Made by a program: the position numbers and the translations under genes. 27,249 nucleotides of DNA from IMG/VR virus record IMGVR_UViG_3300007550_000014, positions 1 to 27,249 of that record, one strand, 5' to 3'. Source of the stretch: a virus. Its lineage: Duplodnaviria > Caudoviricetes. Positions 7,159 to 14,976 of this stretch are shown here, one piece after another. Every line of letters begins with the position of its first letter. Position 1 is the stretch's first letter. The notes below the pieces were generated by a model. The model made no database searches and had not been told where the DNA came from. It worked only from the letters and a program-made list of their open reading frames with translations.

Positions 7159-7974
7159 TTAGTTGGTAGGTTTGTCAACAGCTTCCCATTTGCCGAGGGG
7201 GCATCGCTCGGTCGCCATTCTTAGTTTTGCCCATGTTGAGCACCCGCACTTGCGACAACGGCCCGTGGTGTTGAGTGCCTGCGCGTCCCACTCGGGGCAG
7301 GCTTTGCAGATGCCTTGTCGAGTGGCGAGTGCTTCGGGCGGGGTGGTCGCGAAGCCTGCGCGAGCGAAGCGGTGCGCGGCGTGTAGCGCGCTGGGAATTT
7401 GGCTGGTGAGAGGAGGGGTTGTCAAAGAAATGGCGCGCAGAATTTCGTTTTCTGGCCTAGGAGTGGTTCCCAATAGTGGAGCGAGAAAATCTTTAACGAG
7501 CGATCCAGAGGCGTCGATCTCTGGTTGGTTGACGCGAAGGATTTGGAAATTTTGTGGGTGCGCTTGCATGTGCAAGAGTGCTTCAGCTCTTGCGCGGCGA
7601 ATGTTTTCGGCGATTTGTTCTGATTCTGGCTGGGAAGTCGCCCCCTTTGCCAAGTTCATTTCCCGGAGCGACATCGCAGAAAGCAAAGGATCGCGTTCAA
7701 GCCAGACAATGAGATACTGCCTATCGAGTGGCAGATTTTTGAGATTGTGAGGCAGAGGTAGTTTGATAGCTCGACCATCAAGTGCGTTGAGAATATGGTC
7801 TATGGATTCGCCACGTGTCGCTTTTGCCATGAGAATCGGAGTCTCAAAGTAGCCGAGCGGGTTGTGTTCGTCGCCGTTCCGACCTTGGCTAAAGATTGGA
7901 ATGCCGATGGAATCAATGAGACGCATCATTGCGGATGTGCCTGAGCGCGGAAATCCAGATACGACTGCAATCAT
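7159..7974 (-). CDS. Sulfotransferase domain fused to a C-terminal Cys-rich (DUF6171-like) domain (271 aa; start ATG 7974)
   Basis: SGFPRSGTSAMM (5'-PSB PAPS loop), DEHNPLGYFE, WLERDPLLSAMS (3'-PB). C-terminus ICKACP...RCRKCGC...RCPLGKW. ATGA overlap with the upstream gene. Confidence 0.8.
   Translation of the reverse strand: MIAVVSGFPRSGTSAMMRLIDSIGIPIFSQGRNGDEHNPLGYFETPILMAKATRGESIDHILNALDGRAIKLPLPHNLKNLPLDRQYLIVWLERDPLLSAMSLREMNLAKGATSQPESEQIAENIRRARAEALLHMQAHPQNFQILRVNQPEIDASGSLVKDFLAPLLGTTPRPENEILRAISLTTPPLTSQIPSALHAAHRFARAGFATTPPEALATRQGICKACPEWDAQALNTTGRCRKCGCSTWAKLRMATERCPLGKWEAVDKPTN
7173..7178 (-). promoter_or_regulatory. TTGACA element 14 nt before ATG 7158
   Basis: TTGACA-AACCTACCAACTAA-ATG. 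Confidence 0.5.
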
Positions 7975-8573
7975 GGGCAAGGAGATGATGGGATGATTGT
8001 TAAATAGGTAGTGTCTGCCTCCATTAAAGCTCGATAGAATGCAGTTCCGCACGGGGGAGATATATAATTTTTCGTGAAGACACCGAAATCGTCCGGATCG
8101 CTTCCGCTACACCAAAAGCAACCTTCATAATATAGATTACCCAATCCAGATGCGCTTAAAGTGTATTCTTTGGCAGAATTTGGGTTGGCCGGAATATTCG
8201 CTGTATAAAAAATAACAAAATTGATAGCCGCAATACCTGATAAAGTTGTAGGAACCGTATAAGTTCCAGGCATTGGCGGTGGAAAATTGTAAACGCAATT
8301 CCTAATATATGGGTTTATGTTGCTAAATATCTCGCCTGCCGAAAGCTGCCCAAAAATGGCTTCGTTGCCTTCTGCATCAAAAAATGAATATTCATAATCC
8401 TGCACAAATGTTGTTTGGTACGGTGCAGCTATATTAGTTGTGCCTCCATACCTAATCGCGTTAAATTGCGCCTCGGTGATGGAACACCCCCCGCAACACG
8501 CGCAATTCACAGCGCGAGTTGTGCCGTCGGTTTTTATTTTGATAGCGTTGGAAGCGGTGCGGCCTAGAGTCAT
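7971..8573 (-). CDS. Tail-tip region protein with N-terminal CACC motif
   Basis: 200 aa. MTLGRTASNAIKIKTDGTTRAVNCACCGG is followed by an AT-rich, aromatic-rich remainder. Confidence 0.6.
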   Translation of the reverse strand: MTLGRTASNAIKIKTDGTTRAVNCACCGGCSITEAQFNAIRYGGTTNIAAPYQTTFVQDYEYSFFDAEGNEAIFGQLSAGEIFSNINPYIRNCVYNFPPPMPGTYTVPTTLSGIAAINFVIFYTANIPANPNSAKEYTLSASGLGNLYYEGCFWCSGSDPDDFGVFTKNYISPPCGTAFYRALMEADTTYLTIIPSSPCP

Positions 8574-8574
8574 C

Positions 8575-8850
8575 TTAGCATTCTTCGGTTGAGAGCCAAC
8601 TTAGCGATCCGCTTATTGCGCCCAAGACGTAGGTTCCCGATTCTGGCACGGCTGGGATTTTAAGTTTTCGTTTTGTGAACCCTTCTTGGCCAGAAGTTTC
8701 TTCGACGAGTGTGGGATCTATTTCTAGCGTTGCGTAAATGAAATTTTTATCAAGGTCAGCCGCTTTTATCTGATATGGGTATCCACCGGATGATGACTTG
8801 CCCGCTGATTTAATAAGCTGGCTGAATATGTTTGGAACATTATTTACCAT
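8575..8850 (-). CDS. Tail-tip region hypothetical protein
   Basis: 91 aa; C-terminal PESGTYVLGAISGSLSW resembles fibre-shaft motifs. Confidence 0.6.
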   Translation of the reverse strand: MVNNVPNIFSQLIKSAGKSSSGGYPYQIKAADLDKNFIYATLEIDPTLVEETSGQEGFTKRKLKIPAVPESGTYVLGAISGSLSWLSTEEC

Positions 8851-8852
8851 AA

Positions 8853-9515
8853 TTAAGCGGCAGGGCCGAAAGCGCTATCTTGCACAAAATTGCCAGTTGC
8901 GGAAACGGAAATAATAACCTCTAAAAATTCACCATAACTTGTGCTTTCGTAATTTTCTGTTTGGCGGCTTAAATTGTATGTTTTAATAATAAACGATTGA
9001 TTGCCAGTCTCCGTTCTTGTTGTTCCTACGGGCAACTTAGTTCCATCTAGTTCATAAATACATAACTCTGGAGTATCTGGGGCGGTTATAAACTCACCTT
9101 TCCTCGCTGCGAAACGATATACGGCTACATCAAAAAACTTCTGTGACTCGCTGGACGAGCTCCCGAATCCTCCGGCAAAAGTCGAATATGTGAAAGTGGA
9201 AACATAAGTTCCAAGGCGTTTATTTAAATCCACAACTCCATCTGTATTTAACCTGCCGTAAGCGGTCACGGTGCAACTGATGAACCCATTCCCCATGTCT
9301 TTATATTCTGGTGCGGGAAATATGAACGCTCCATCAATACATGGTTCCGAATCCTCGTCAGAGAGCCTGTCGCCTTCGCGGAAGCTGAAGAAATCCACCT
9401 TATCTTTTCTTTGAATGTAGTCCTGCTGGATCATGCACAAGCCACTTCGGAATGTTTTGACCATTCGATTTGGCTGTTTAACCCACCCCTCTGCTCCTTT
9501 ATAAATGTAGCTCAT
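8853..9515 (-). CDS. Tail protein immediately downstream of the tape measure (distal tail/hub candidate)
   Basis: 220 aa, beta-rich, 1 nt from the tape measure stop. Role inferred from position only. Confidence 0.55.
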   Translation of the reverse strand: MSYIYKGAEGWVKQPNRMVKTFRSGLCMIQQDYIQRKDKVDFFSFREGDRLSDEDSEPCIDGAFIFPAPEYKDMGNGFISCTVTAYGRLNTDGVVDLNKRLGTYVSTFTYSTFAGGFGSSSSESQKFFDVAVYRFAARKGEFITAPDTPELCIYELDGTKLPVGTTRTETGNQSFIIKTYNLSRQTENYESTSYGEFLEVIISVSATGNFVQDSAFGPAA

Positions 9516-9516
9516 A

Positions 9517-12075
9517 TTATACTAATGCTGCCGTCGGTAGTTTAGGTTCAATTTTTTCAACAGCGGTCTTGATCGCTTCGACGGCGGTCTTGATCGCATC
9601 GAGCAATCCGCTAACGCCCGACTTCGCTGCAACGTCAAGCTCGATGCCGGATTTAACGTCGTTACGCAGATCCGCTACCGTTTTCGTTGCATCCAGTTTT
9701 GTCGGGACACTTGAGAATGCAGCATCTGTTGCGGTTTTTGCCGTTTGATAATCGACTAGGAGTTTTGCATTTAATGGATTGCCTCCCATAAATTTAATAA
9801 TATCTTTGATTGATTGTTGACCACTTGCGGTATCGATTGGGTTATTAGTTAAATTGGTCTTGACTTGATTCATGTACTTCACGACAGCATCAATTTGCTG
9901 CTGCCCGGTTTGTCCAAGTTTATCTACTCCAAGTTTTTTAGCAAGATCTGGGAAACTCTTTTGTGCGAGATCAGTTCCTAGCAACTTATCCATTGCCTTT
10001 AATTCGTCTTTTGCTGCTTTTGCTGAATTGTTTGCATCTTCCAAAGCCTTAATCTTATTCATTTTGGATAATGTATCAGCAAATCCAGTTGCGGAAGCCA
10101 AGTTTTTTGATAAATCCGCTGCGGCTTTTGCTGAATCAAAGAATAATGGGTTACCATTTGCATCCAAATATTTTATGTTTCTTGAATTATTCGCGACGAT
10201 AGCCATGTTGTCTGCAAATAACCTTGCCGCTTTTGGATCCATTCCAGCATCCAAGGCTTTTTTAAGATCATCTGCGTGTTTCTTGGAATCCTGCAAAGCC
10301 TGGACGCGAGCAGAATCCCCTGCGGCTTGAGCGGTGGCTAAGTTGAGTTGATATGTTAGCTCGTCTTGCTTTAGTTGGTTTTGCTTTGCTTGGTCTGCTA
10401 TTTTTTTAGCATTAGCGCCGGCTACGTCAGCTTGCCCTTTTTTATACTCCGCAAAATACTTTCGAGCTTCTTGCTCTGCCGCTGATTGAGCCTTTGCTTC
10501 TTCATCTATCTCAGTAACCGTGGCTTGAGTTGTCGCTTTGATTCCTTGCTGCAAGCGATCAATTTCAACTTGGTGCTTTTCAATGTCTGTAAATAAAGGC
10601 GGGACTCCAGCCATATTTGCCTTGAAATCATCTGGAATTTTACCCATCGAATCAGCGGCCTTTTGGGCAGCAAGTTGAGCGGCAACTGGTATTCGCTGTA
10701 AAGCAAGTTCAGCGGCTAAAGCCCCAGCGGCAGCACTATCTTTAAGCCCAGCGGCAATTCTGCTAAATGCTGGCCCTAGATTTGTAAAAGTATCTGCAAG
10801 CGATCCAGCCACTACACTTTTGATATATCCGCTAACATAATCAAAAGCAGATGTAATCGCCAATATAAGCGGACTACCAGAAGCAAATTGATCTATTGCA
10901 AAATCGCTTATGGTTTGGAAGGTAGCAATTAGCGTTGCATAAATACTATTCCCTGTGTCTTTAAATTGCATTTGTATTGCCTGCCCAACAATTTTAAAAG
11001 CTATCCCCATTTGTCCTGCATCAATGGCTTGAACAGCGGCTTGAAATCCTTTCATTCCTGCACCGGCCCCTGTAAAAAAACTGGCTAAATCTTGACCTAG
11101 TTTTGTCGCATCAATCCGCGTCATTGCTGTCGTTAGTGCATCAAGTGCAGGCTTAACTTTATCAAGAATCCCAGCGGCAAAATCAACAAACTTTCCGCTA
11201 ATGATGGTCAAGTTGTCGCTGATTTTATCGAATTGCGCGGCCCCTGCCTTCATAACATCTGGCAACGATCCAAGTTGAGATTTTGCAGTTGCAATCTCAC
11301 CACCCATATTTGCAAATACTTGGTTCAATGCACCGCCAGATTTTCCGAAAATATCCATCGAGACGGCTGCACGTTCGGCTGGATCTGGGATACTGGCGAC
11401 AGCTTTACCTATGGCTTGCAGCTGTTGATCAGGGGAAAGGTTTTGTAGGCTTGAAAGCGGAATGCCTAATTTCGTGAATGCGTCAGCGGCAGCAGTGCTT
11501 CCATCACCAGCGTCAACGATTGCTTTTTGCATTTTGTTGATAATTGGGCCAAGTGAATCGGCCCCGACTCCTGTATTTTGGAAGGCTCGCTCCAAAATCA
11601 AAAGTTTATCAACGGCAACACCTGTTCTATCCGAAAGATCAGCAAGTCTGCCACCCATATTCAAAGCATCTCCGAAACTCTGCACGGTCTTCTGTGCTGC
11701 GGCAAATGCGGCGTCAATAGCTGCCGTTCCGAGTTTAACCGCCGCGCCCGCAATGCCTGCACCTAAGGCTATTTCGCCAAATCCTGTTTTGCTTTTTTTC
11801 CCAGCTTCTTCGGAATTATCCCCAGTTTTCTTGATGTCAGAATTAAGTTCTTCAACCTTTGGCGATGTCGCGGTGGACGAGTCTCCGATGGCCTTGATGT
11901 TCTTTTCCATCGTCGTAACCTGTCCGATGCGCTTCATCGTGCTTTCGAGTTCGGTCATGGAAAGTTCGCCGCTGGCGACCTTACCCTTCAAGTTGGTAAG
12001 TTCGTCTTGAACGGCCTTGAGTGTTTTCTCAAGCCCTGTGTCGGTTGCTCCAAATTCAACTGTTACGTCTGCCAT
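9517..12075 (-). CDS. Tail tape measure protein
   Basis: 852 aa, Ala/Lys-rich and helical, with LADLSDRTGVAVDKL, FTKLGIPLSSLQNLSPDQQL and MDIFGKSG. Lies downstream of the tail chaperone. Confidence 0.9.
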   Translation of the reverse strand: MADVTVEFGATDTGLEKTLKAVQDELTNLKGKVASGELSMTELESTMKRIGQVTTMEKNIKAIGDSSTATSPKVEELNSDIKKTGDNSEEAGKKSKTGFGEIALGAGIAGAAVKLGTAAIDAAFAAAQKTVQSFGDALNMGGRLADLSDRTGVAVDKLLILERAFQNTGVGADSLGPIINKMQKAIVDAGDGSTAAADAFTKLGIPLSSLQNLSPDQQLQAIGKAVASIPDPAERAAVSMDIFGKSGGALNQVFANMGGEIATAKSQLGSLPDVMKAGAAQFDKISDNLTIISGKFVDFAAGILDKVKPALDALTTAMTRIDATKLGQDLASFFTGAGAGMKGFQAAVQAIDAGQMGIAFKIVGQAIQMQFKDTGNSIYATLIATFQTISDFAIDQFASGSPLILAITSAFDYVSGYIKSVVAGSLADTFTNLGPAFSRIAAGLKDSAAAGALAAELALQRIPVAAQLAAQKAADSMGKIPDDFKANMAGVPPLFTDIEKHQVEIDRLQQGIKATTQATVTEIDEEAKAQSAAEQEARKYFAEYKKGQADVAGANAKKIADQAKQNQLKQDELTYQLNLATAQAAGDSARVQALQDSKKHADDLKKALDAGMDPKAARLFADNMAIVANNSRNIKYLDANGNPLFFDSAKAAADLSKNLASATGFADTLSKMNKIKALEDANNSAKAAKDELKAMDKLLGTDLAQKSFPDLAKKLGVDKLGQTGQQQIDAVVKYMNQVKTNLTNNPIDTASGQQSIKDIIKFMGGNPLNAKLLVDYQTAKTATDAAFSSVPTKLDATKTVADLRNDVKSGIELDVAAKSGVSGLLDAIKTAVEAIKTAVEKIEPKLPTAALV

Positions 12076-12084
12076 ATTTTAAAT

Positions 12085-12879
12085 CTATGCAAGGGTTTTT
12101 TGTCTCTTTTTTAGAATGGTGTTCATTTGGGTTTTCATTTTTGTAACAATGACGGCCTTGGCAAATTCCTCTTCACTTTTTGTGATAACATTTCTTGCCC
12201 AAGGAATATCATTCGTCATCTCAACCCTTGGGTTTTTTAAATCTGATGTCATGTCTTTGACTTTTCCAGATCCGCTTCGCATCGCCTTTTTTACCCAAGG
12301 CGGGAAGTTCGCAAGTAGCCCCCCCTTGTTCACTTTTTTAAGTTGTGTCGCGCAATCGGCCCATCCGCCTTTGCTGATGCCGACTCGCTTTTGCACTTCT
12401 TCAATATATGTTGCATGATCCGAGTCGGACGCGATAAATAGCTTTGATCCTCGCGACTTCGTGCGGCCTGTCGTTTTGTTCCGAGCCTGGTTGTGGACGG
12501 ATTTCATTTTGCTCCCGCTAATAACTTCCATCCCTGTCCACTTGTTTAAAAAGCCAATATTGCGAAGGATCGTTTCAACGATATCAAATTTACCGCTTTT
12601 TATCAAAGCCTTGAGTCGCGCCTTGATCCTTTGTGATCCGACTCTGTCAGCGTATTCGTCAAGTTGCTCTGTGTTTTTAATAATCTTGCCGATGTCATTT
12701 TTTACGCGAATAGTTCCAGACTCTTGCTTATCTCCGAACGGCTGCGTTCTTCTAGCCAACTCCACGCAAAGAAGGCGAGCGTTGAGCATGACGGCGTCAG
12801 GAATGGTGACTTCGCGGATCGTAGCGTAGTCCTTCATGATCTGTTCAAACTTCACACTCTCGAACTTGAATTTTGCCAT
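12085..12879 (-). CDS. Putative tail completion/neck protein (HK97 gp10-like)
   Basis: Basic 264-aa protein with RRTQP...VGISKGGW...VEMTNDIPWA, resembling HK97 gp10-type motifs with a large insertion. Confidence 0.5.
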   Translation of the reverse strand: MAKFKFESVKFEQIMKDYATIREVTIPDAVMLNARLLCVELARRTQPFGDKQESGTIRVKNDIGKIIKNTEQLDEYADRVGSQRIKARLKALIKSGKFDIVETILRNIGFLNKWTGMEVISGSKMKSVHNQARNKTTGRTKSRGSKLFIASDSDHATYIEEVQKRVGISKGGWADCATQLKKVNKGGLLANFPPWVKKAMRSGSGKVKDMTSDLKNPRVEMTNDIPWARNVITKSEEEFAKAVIVTKMKTQMNTILKKRQKTLA

Positions 12880-13096
12880 ACTTTGCTAGGGTGTCTTCAA
12901 TAGTGGCGAGAGCGTCAACATCTACGCTGGCGTTGTTGCGCGACCAAGGACGGTGGATGCCGTTCGTGTAATCGTCAGCCTGGAGTAACTGCAACCCTGC
13001 CGCGAACGGAAGCTCTTCAAGAATGTGAGAGAAGCCCCAGCCGGTCAGCTTAACGAGTCGAAAAACGTAAGCTGCGAGCCAGTTGGGGCTATTTAG
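12845..13096 (-). CDS. -1 frameshift extension of the tail assembly chaperone (gpGT-like; about 214 aa fused product)
   Basis: 83-codon frame with no ATG, starting at the chaperone's slippery site: LNSPNWLAAYVFRLVKLTGWGFSHILEELPFAAGLQLL...RECEV. Confidence 0.75.
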   Translation of the reverse strand, partial: LNSPNWLAAYVFRLVKLTGWGFSHILEELPFAAGLQLLQADDYTNGIHRPWSRNNASVDVDALATIEDTLAKYGKIQVRECEV

Positions 13097-13488
13097 TTTG
13101 GGCTTCCTGATCCTGACTTAGATTCTGTCGCCGATGCGTTGTAAAGCTCAAAAGCGGAGTTCATTGCGTCCGACATAGAGCCGACTTCAAGATGATGCGC
13201 CATGTTCTTTTCGATCCACGAATCCACGGCGTTAACGAACGTATCGCGGTCATTAACGACAGAACGAATCGCGCTTGTCGGTTCGGAGTGAAGAAACGCA
13301 AAGGCTGCCGCTTTCCAAACGAGATCCATATTGCCGCTGAAAATCTCGTTGCGTTGCATCCAGCTAATTGTAAGCGCCGTGATCGGTCGCAGGATGCGCC
13401 CGTTTACTTTCTTCGGCCCGTCTTCCATCGCTTGGATGCGAAGGATTTCGTCGTCTTTTACTAGGTCTGTATTTTGTGTCTTTTTCAT
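13093..13488 (-). CDS. Tail assembly chaperone (gpG-like)
   Basis: 131 aa between tail tube and tape measure; ends in a Ser/Gly linker and a slippery heptamer. Confidence 0.75.
   Translation of the reverse strand: MKKTQNTDLVKDDEILRIQAMEDGPKKVNGRILRPITALTISWMQRNEIFSGNMDLVWKAAAFAFLHSEPTSAIRSVVNDRDTFVNAVDSWIEKNMAHHLEVGSMSDAMNSAFELYNASATESKSGSGSPN
13096..13102 (-). promoter_or_regulatory. Programmed -1 ribosomal frameshift heptamer C CCA AAC
   Basis: XXXYYYZ heptamer in the correct phase, immediately before the TAA stop; the -1 frame stays open for 83 codons. Confidence 0.7.
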
Positions 13489-13886
13489 TATTTTAAAAAT
13501 CTTGTCATCTCTTGCTTGGTCTTGTCCGAAGCGTTCTCCGAAATGGCAATGCGCTTGCCGTTGTGCTCGATCTCGATCAAGCGCGGAGTATTGCGGATGA
13601 TGTCCACCAATACGTCGCGGTTCGCCAATGCTGCGCGGATGTAGCAGAGCGGGTTCTCTGGGTCTTTGGCTTCGAGTTCGTCGCCTTCCTTGGTCATCTG
13701 GCGGTATATCTGCGAAGCGTCTTGGCCCTTGTCGTTTTCGCCTTCAAACCAAAACTCCGTTGACTCCTTGCCGTCGGTGCGAACCAGTCGAGTGACCGGT
13801 GGCTTATTCATCTTGAAATTTAGCGTGGCTAGGGCCACCGCAGCTTTTAGGTTAATTGTGTGGAAAAATTTCTTATTGCATTCCAT
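13488..13886 (-). CDS. DUF5659-like protein
   Basis: FHTINLKAAVALATLNF...GKESTEFWF resembles the DUF5659 pattern; 132 aa; TAATG-coupled to the chaperone. Confidence 0.5.
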   Translation of the reverse strand: MECNKKFFHTINLKAAVALATLNFKMNKPPVTRLVRTDGKESTEFWFEGENDKGQDASQIYRQMTKEGDELEAKDPENPLCYIRAALANRDVLVDIIRNTPRLIEIEHNGKRIAISENASDKTKQEMTRFLK

Positions 13887-13892
13887 ATATTT

Positions 13893-13924
13893 AAAAAAAG
13901 GCGGCTCCCTTTAGCCGGGGAGCC
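13893..13924 (-). terminator. Intrinsic terminator-like hairpin after the tail tube gene
   Basis: Minus strand reads GGCTCCC-CGGCTAAA-GGGAGCC-GCC-TTTTTTT. Confidence 0.65.
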
Positions 13925-13943
13925 AACGGCATGAGCCAGGTTG

Positions 13944-14309
13944 TTAGACGATCTCAGGGTATTGAGTCGCGCTGACGGTGATCGTTTTGAACGTGCCAGC
14001 GCCTGTCTTTTCGGAAACGGAATCGACGATAACTGCACCGCCGGAAACGCCGTAAGATGTCGTGTCGTTTGCGAGTGTGAGCACGTTGGCGAGTTCGTAG
14101 GCGACGCCGCCGTTTACGACGCCGTCAAGGCTGATCGTTGCGGACTTGTTGAAATAAGCTACGGCAACGGTATCGCCGAGGGCGTCCATTACGGTTGCTT
14201 TGTCCGACTGAACGGAGCGGGAGAATGAATTGAGAAGGAGGCCTGTCTCTTGGAGAAGGCCGAATTCGACGCCGGAGGCGACAGAGCTAGTGATGACGGT
14301 TGCTGGCAT
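13944..14309 (-). CDS. Major tail (tube) protein, minimal
   Basis: 121 aa, beta-rich. Follows the tail terminator gene and is followed by a terminator, as highly expressed genes often are. Confidence 0.65.
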   Translation of the reverse strand: MPATVITSSVASGVEFGLLQETGLLLNSFSRSVQSDKATVMDALGDTVAVAYFNKSATISLDGVVNGGVAYELANVLTLANDTTSYGVSGGAVIVDSVSEKTGAGTFKTITVSATQYPEIV

Positions 14310-14325
14310 GATATTTCGTGGAAAT

Positions 14326-14331
14326 TGTCAA
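14326..14331 (-). promoter_or_regulatory. TTGACA element 16 nt before ATG 14309 (tail tube)
   Basis: TTGACA-ATTTCCACGAAATATC-ATG; includes the upstream TGA stop. Confidence 0.5.
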
Positions 14332-14774
14332 CTTGCGAAAAGCGCGGCGTGCACCGTGATCGTGACGGAGCGTTCAAAATGCCGCTCGTTTGAAGATAGC
14401 GATACCGACCCGTCACGAAGGATGCCGAAGACGAAAGCGTATTGCGGACGGACTGCGTTCAACTTTGTCTTGAGGCCGGTGATATCGTGCGAGACGCAGA
14501 GCACTTGTGACCACAAGTTTTCCATTGCCATCTGATCCATGTCGTCGGCCTGCACGATCAAAGCGATATCGACGCTGAACTGGAAAATTGCGGAGTCGAT
14601 AATGCTCTCGCGCTGCCTTTTGCATTTAACGAAGCACGCTGGCAGCGTCATCGTGCCGAAGTTCTCCGCTGCCGTCACCACAAGGGCGCTCTGCATCTCT
14701 TGCTGCAATGCAAGGACGAAAGTATCTGTCAGCGCCTTTTCAAGAGTCAGCGTGTAAGTCGAGTCCGTTATCAT
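14328..14774 (-). CDS. Putative tail terminator protein (148 aa; start ATG 14774)
   Basis: Size, position before the tail tube, and the LPACFV...FSVDIALIV...RSVTITV pattern. Confidence 0.6.
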   Translation of the reverse strand: MITDSTYTLTLEKALTDTFVLALQQEMQSALVVTAAENFGTMTLPACFVKCKRQRESIIDSAIFQFSVDIALIVQADDMDQMAMENLWSQVLCVSHDITGLKTKLNAVRPQYAFVFGILRDGSVSLSSNERHFERSVTITVHAALFAS

Positions 14775-14976
14775 TCTCTTGGGCGGTAACGTCAACAAGC
14801 CCAAGCCGCGCTATCTCTGCGTCGCATTCGTCTTTTGTTCCTACGAATAGCACGCTTTGCGTCGAGATAGCTTTCTCTGTTTCGTCGAAAAAGATGATCG
14901 TGCTCCCATCGTAAACGAGCTTCCATGCGGTTGACTCGTCGAATGCCCAGCCCTGTTCGTTCGGTGGAATTATCAT
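14740..14976 (-). CDS. Hypothetical protein, possible fibre assembly partner
   Basis: 78-aa acidic ORF coupled by ATGA to the autotransporter-repeat gene. Confidence 0.55.
   Translation of the reverse strand: MIIPPNEQGWAFDESTAWKLVYDGSTIIFFDETEKAISTQSVLFVGTKDECDAEIARLGLVDVTAQENDNGLDLHADS
14790..14795 (-). promoter_or_regulatory. TTGACG element 15 nt before ATG 14774
   Basis: TTGACG-TTACCGCCCAAGAGA-ATG. Confidence 0.4.

Noticed and set aside
7163-7750. 195-aa plus-strand ORF, and the other plus-strand ORFs in the track
   Set aside because: All lie antisense to well-supported minus-strand genes and read like antisense translations; no independent signals.
13903-13930. Known riboswitch (c-di-GMP, preQ1, SAM-II) upstream of the DUF5659-like gene
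   Set aside because: The conserved nucleotides of those families are not recognisable; kept only as a terminator/pseudoknot candidate.
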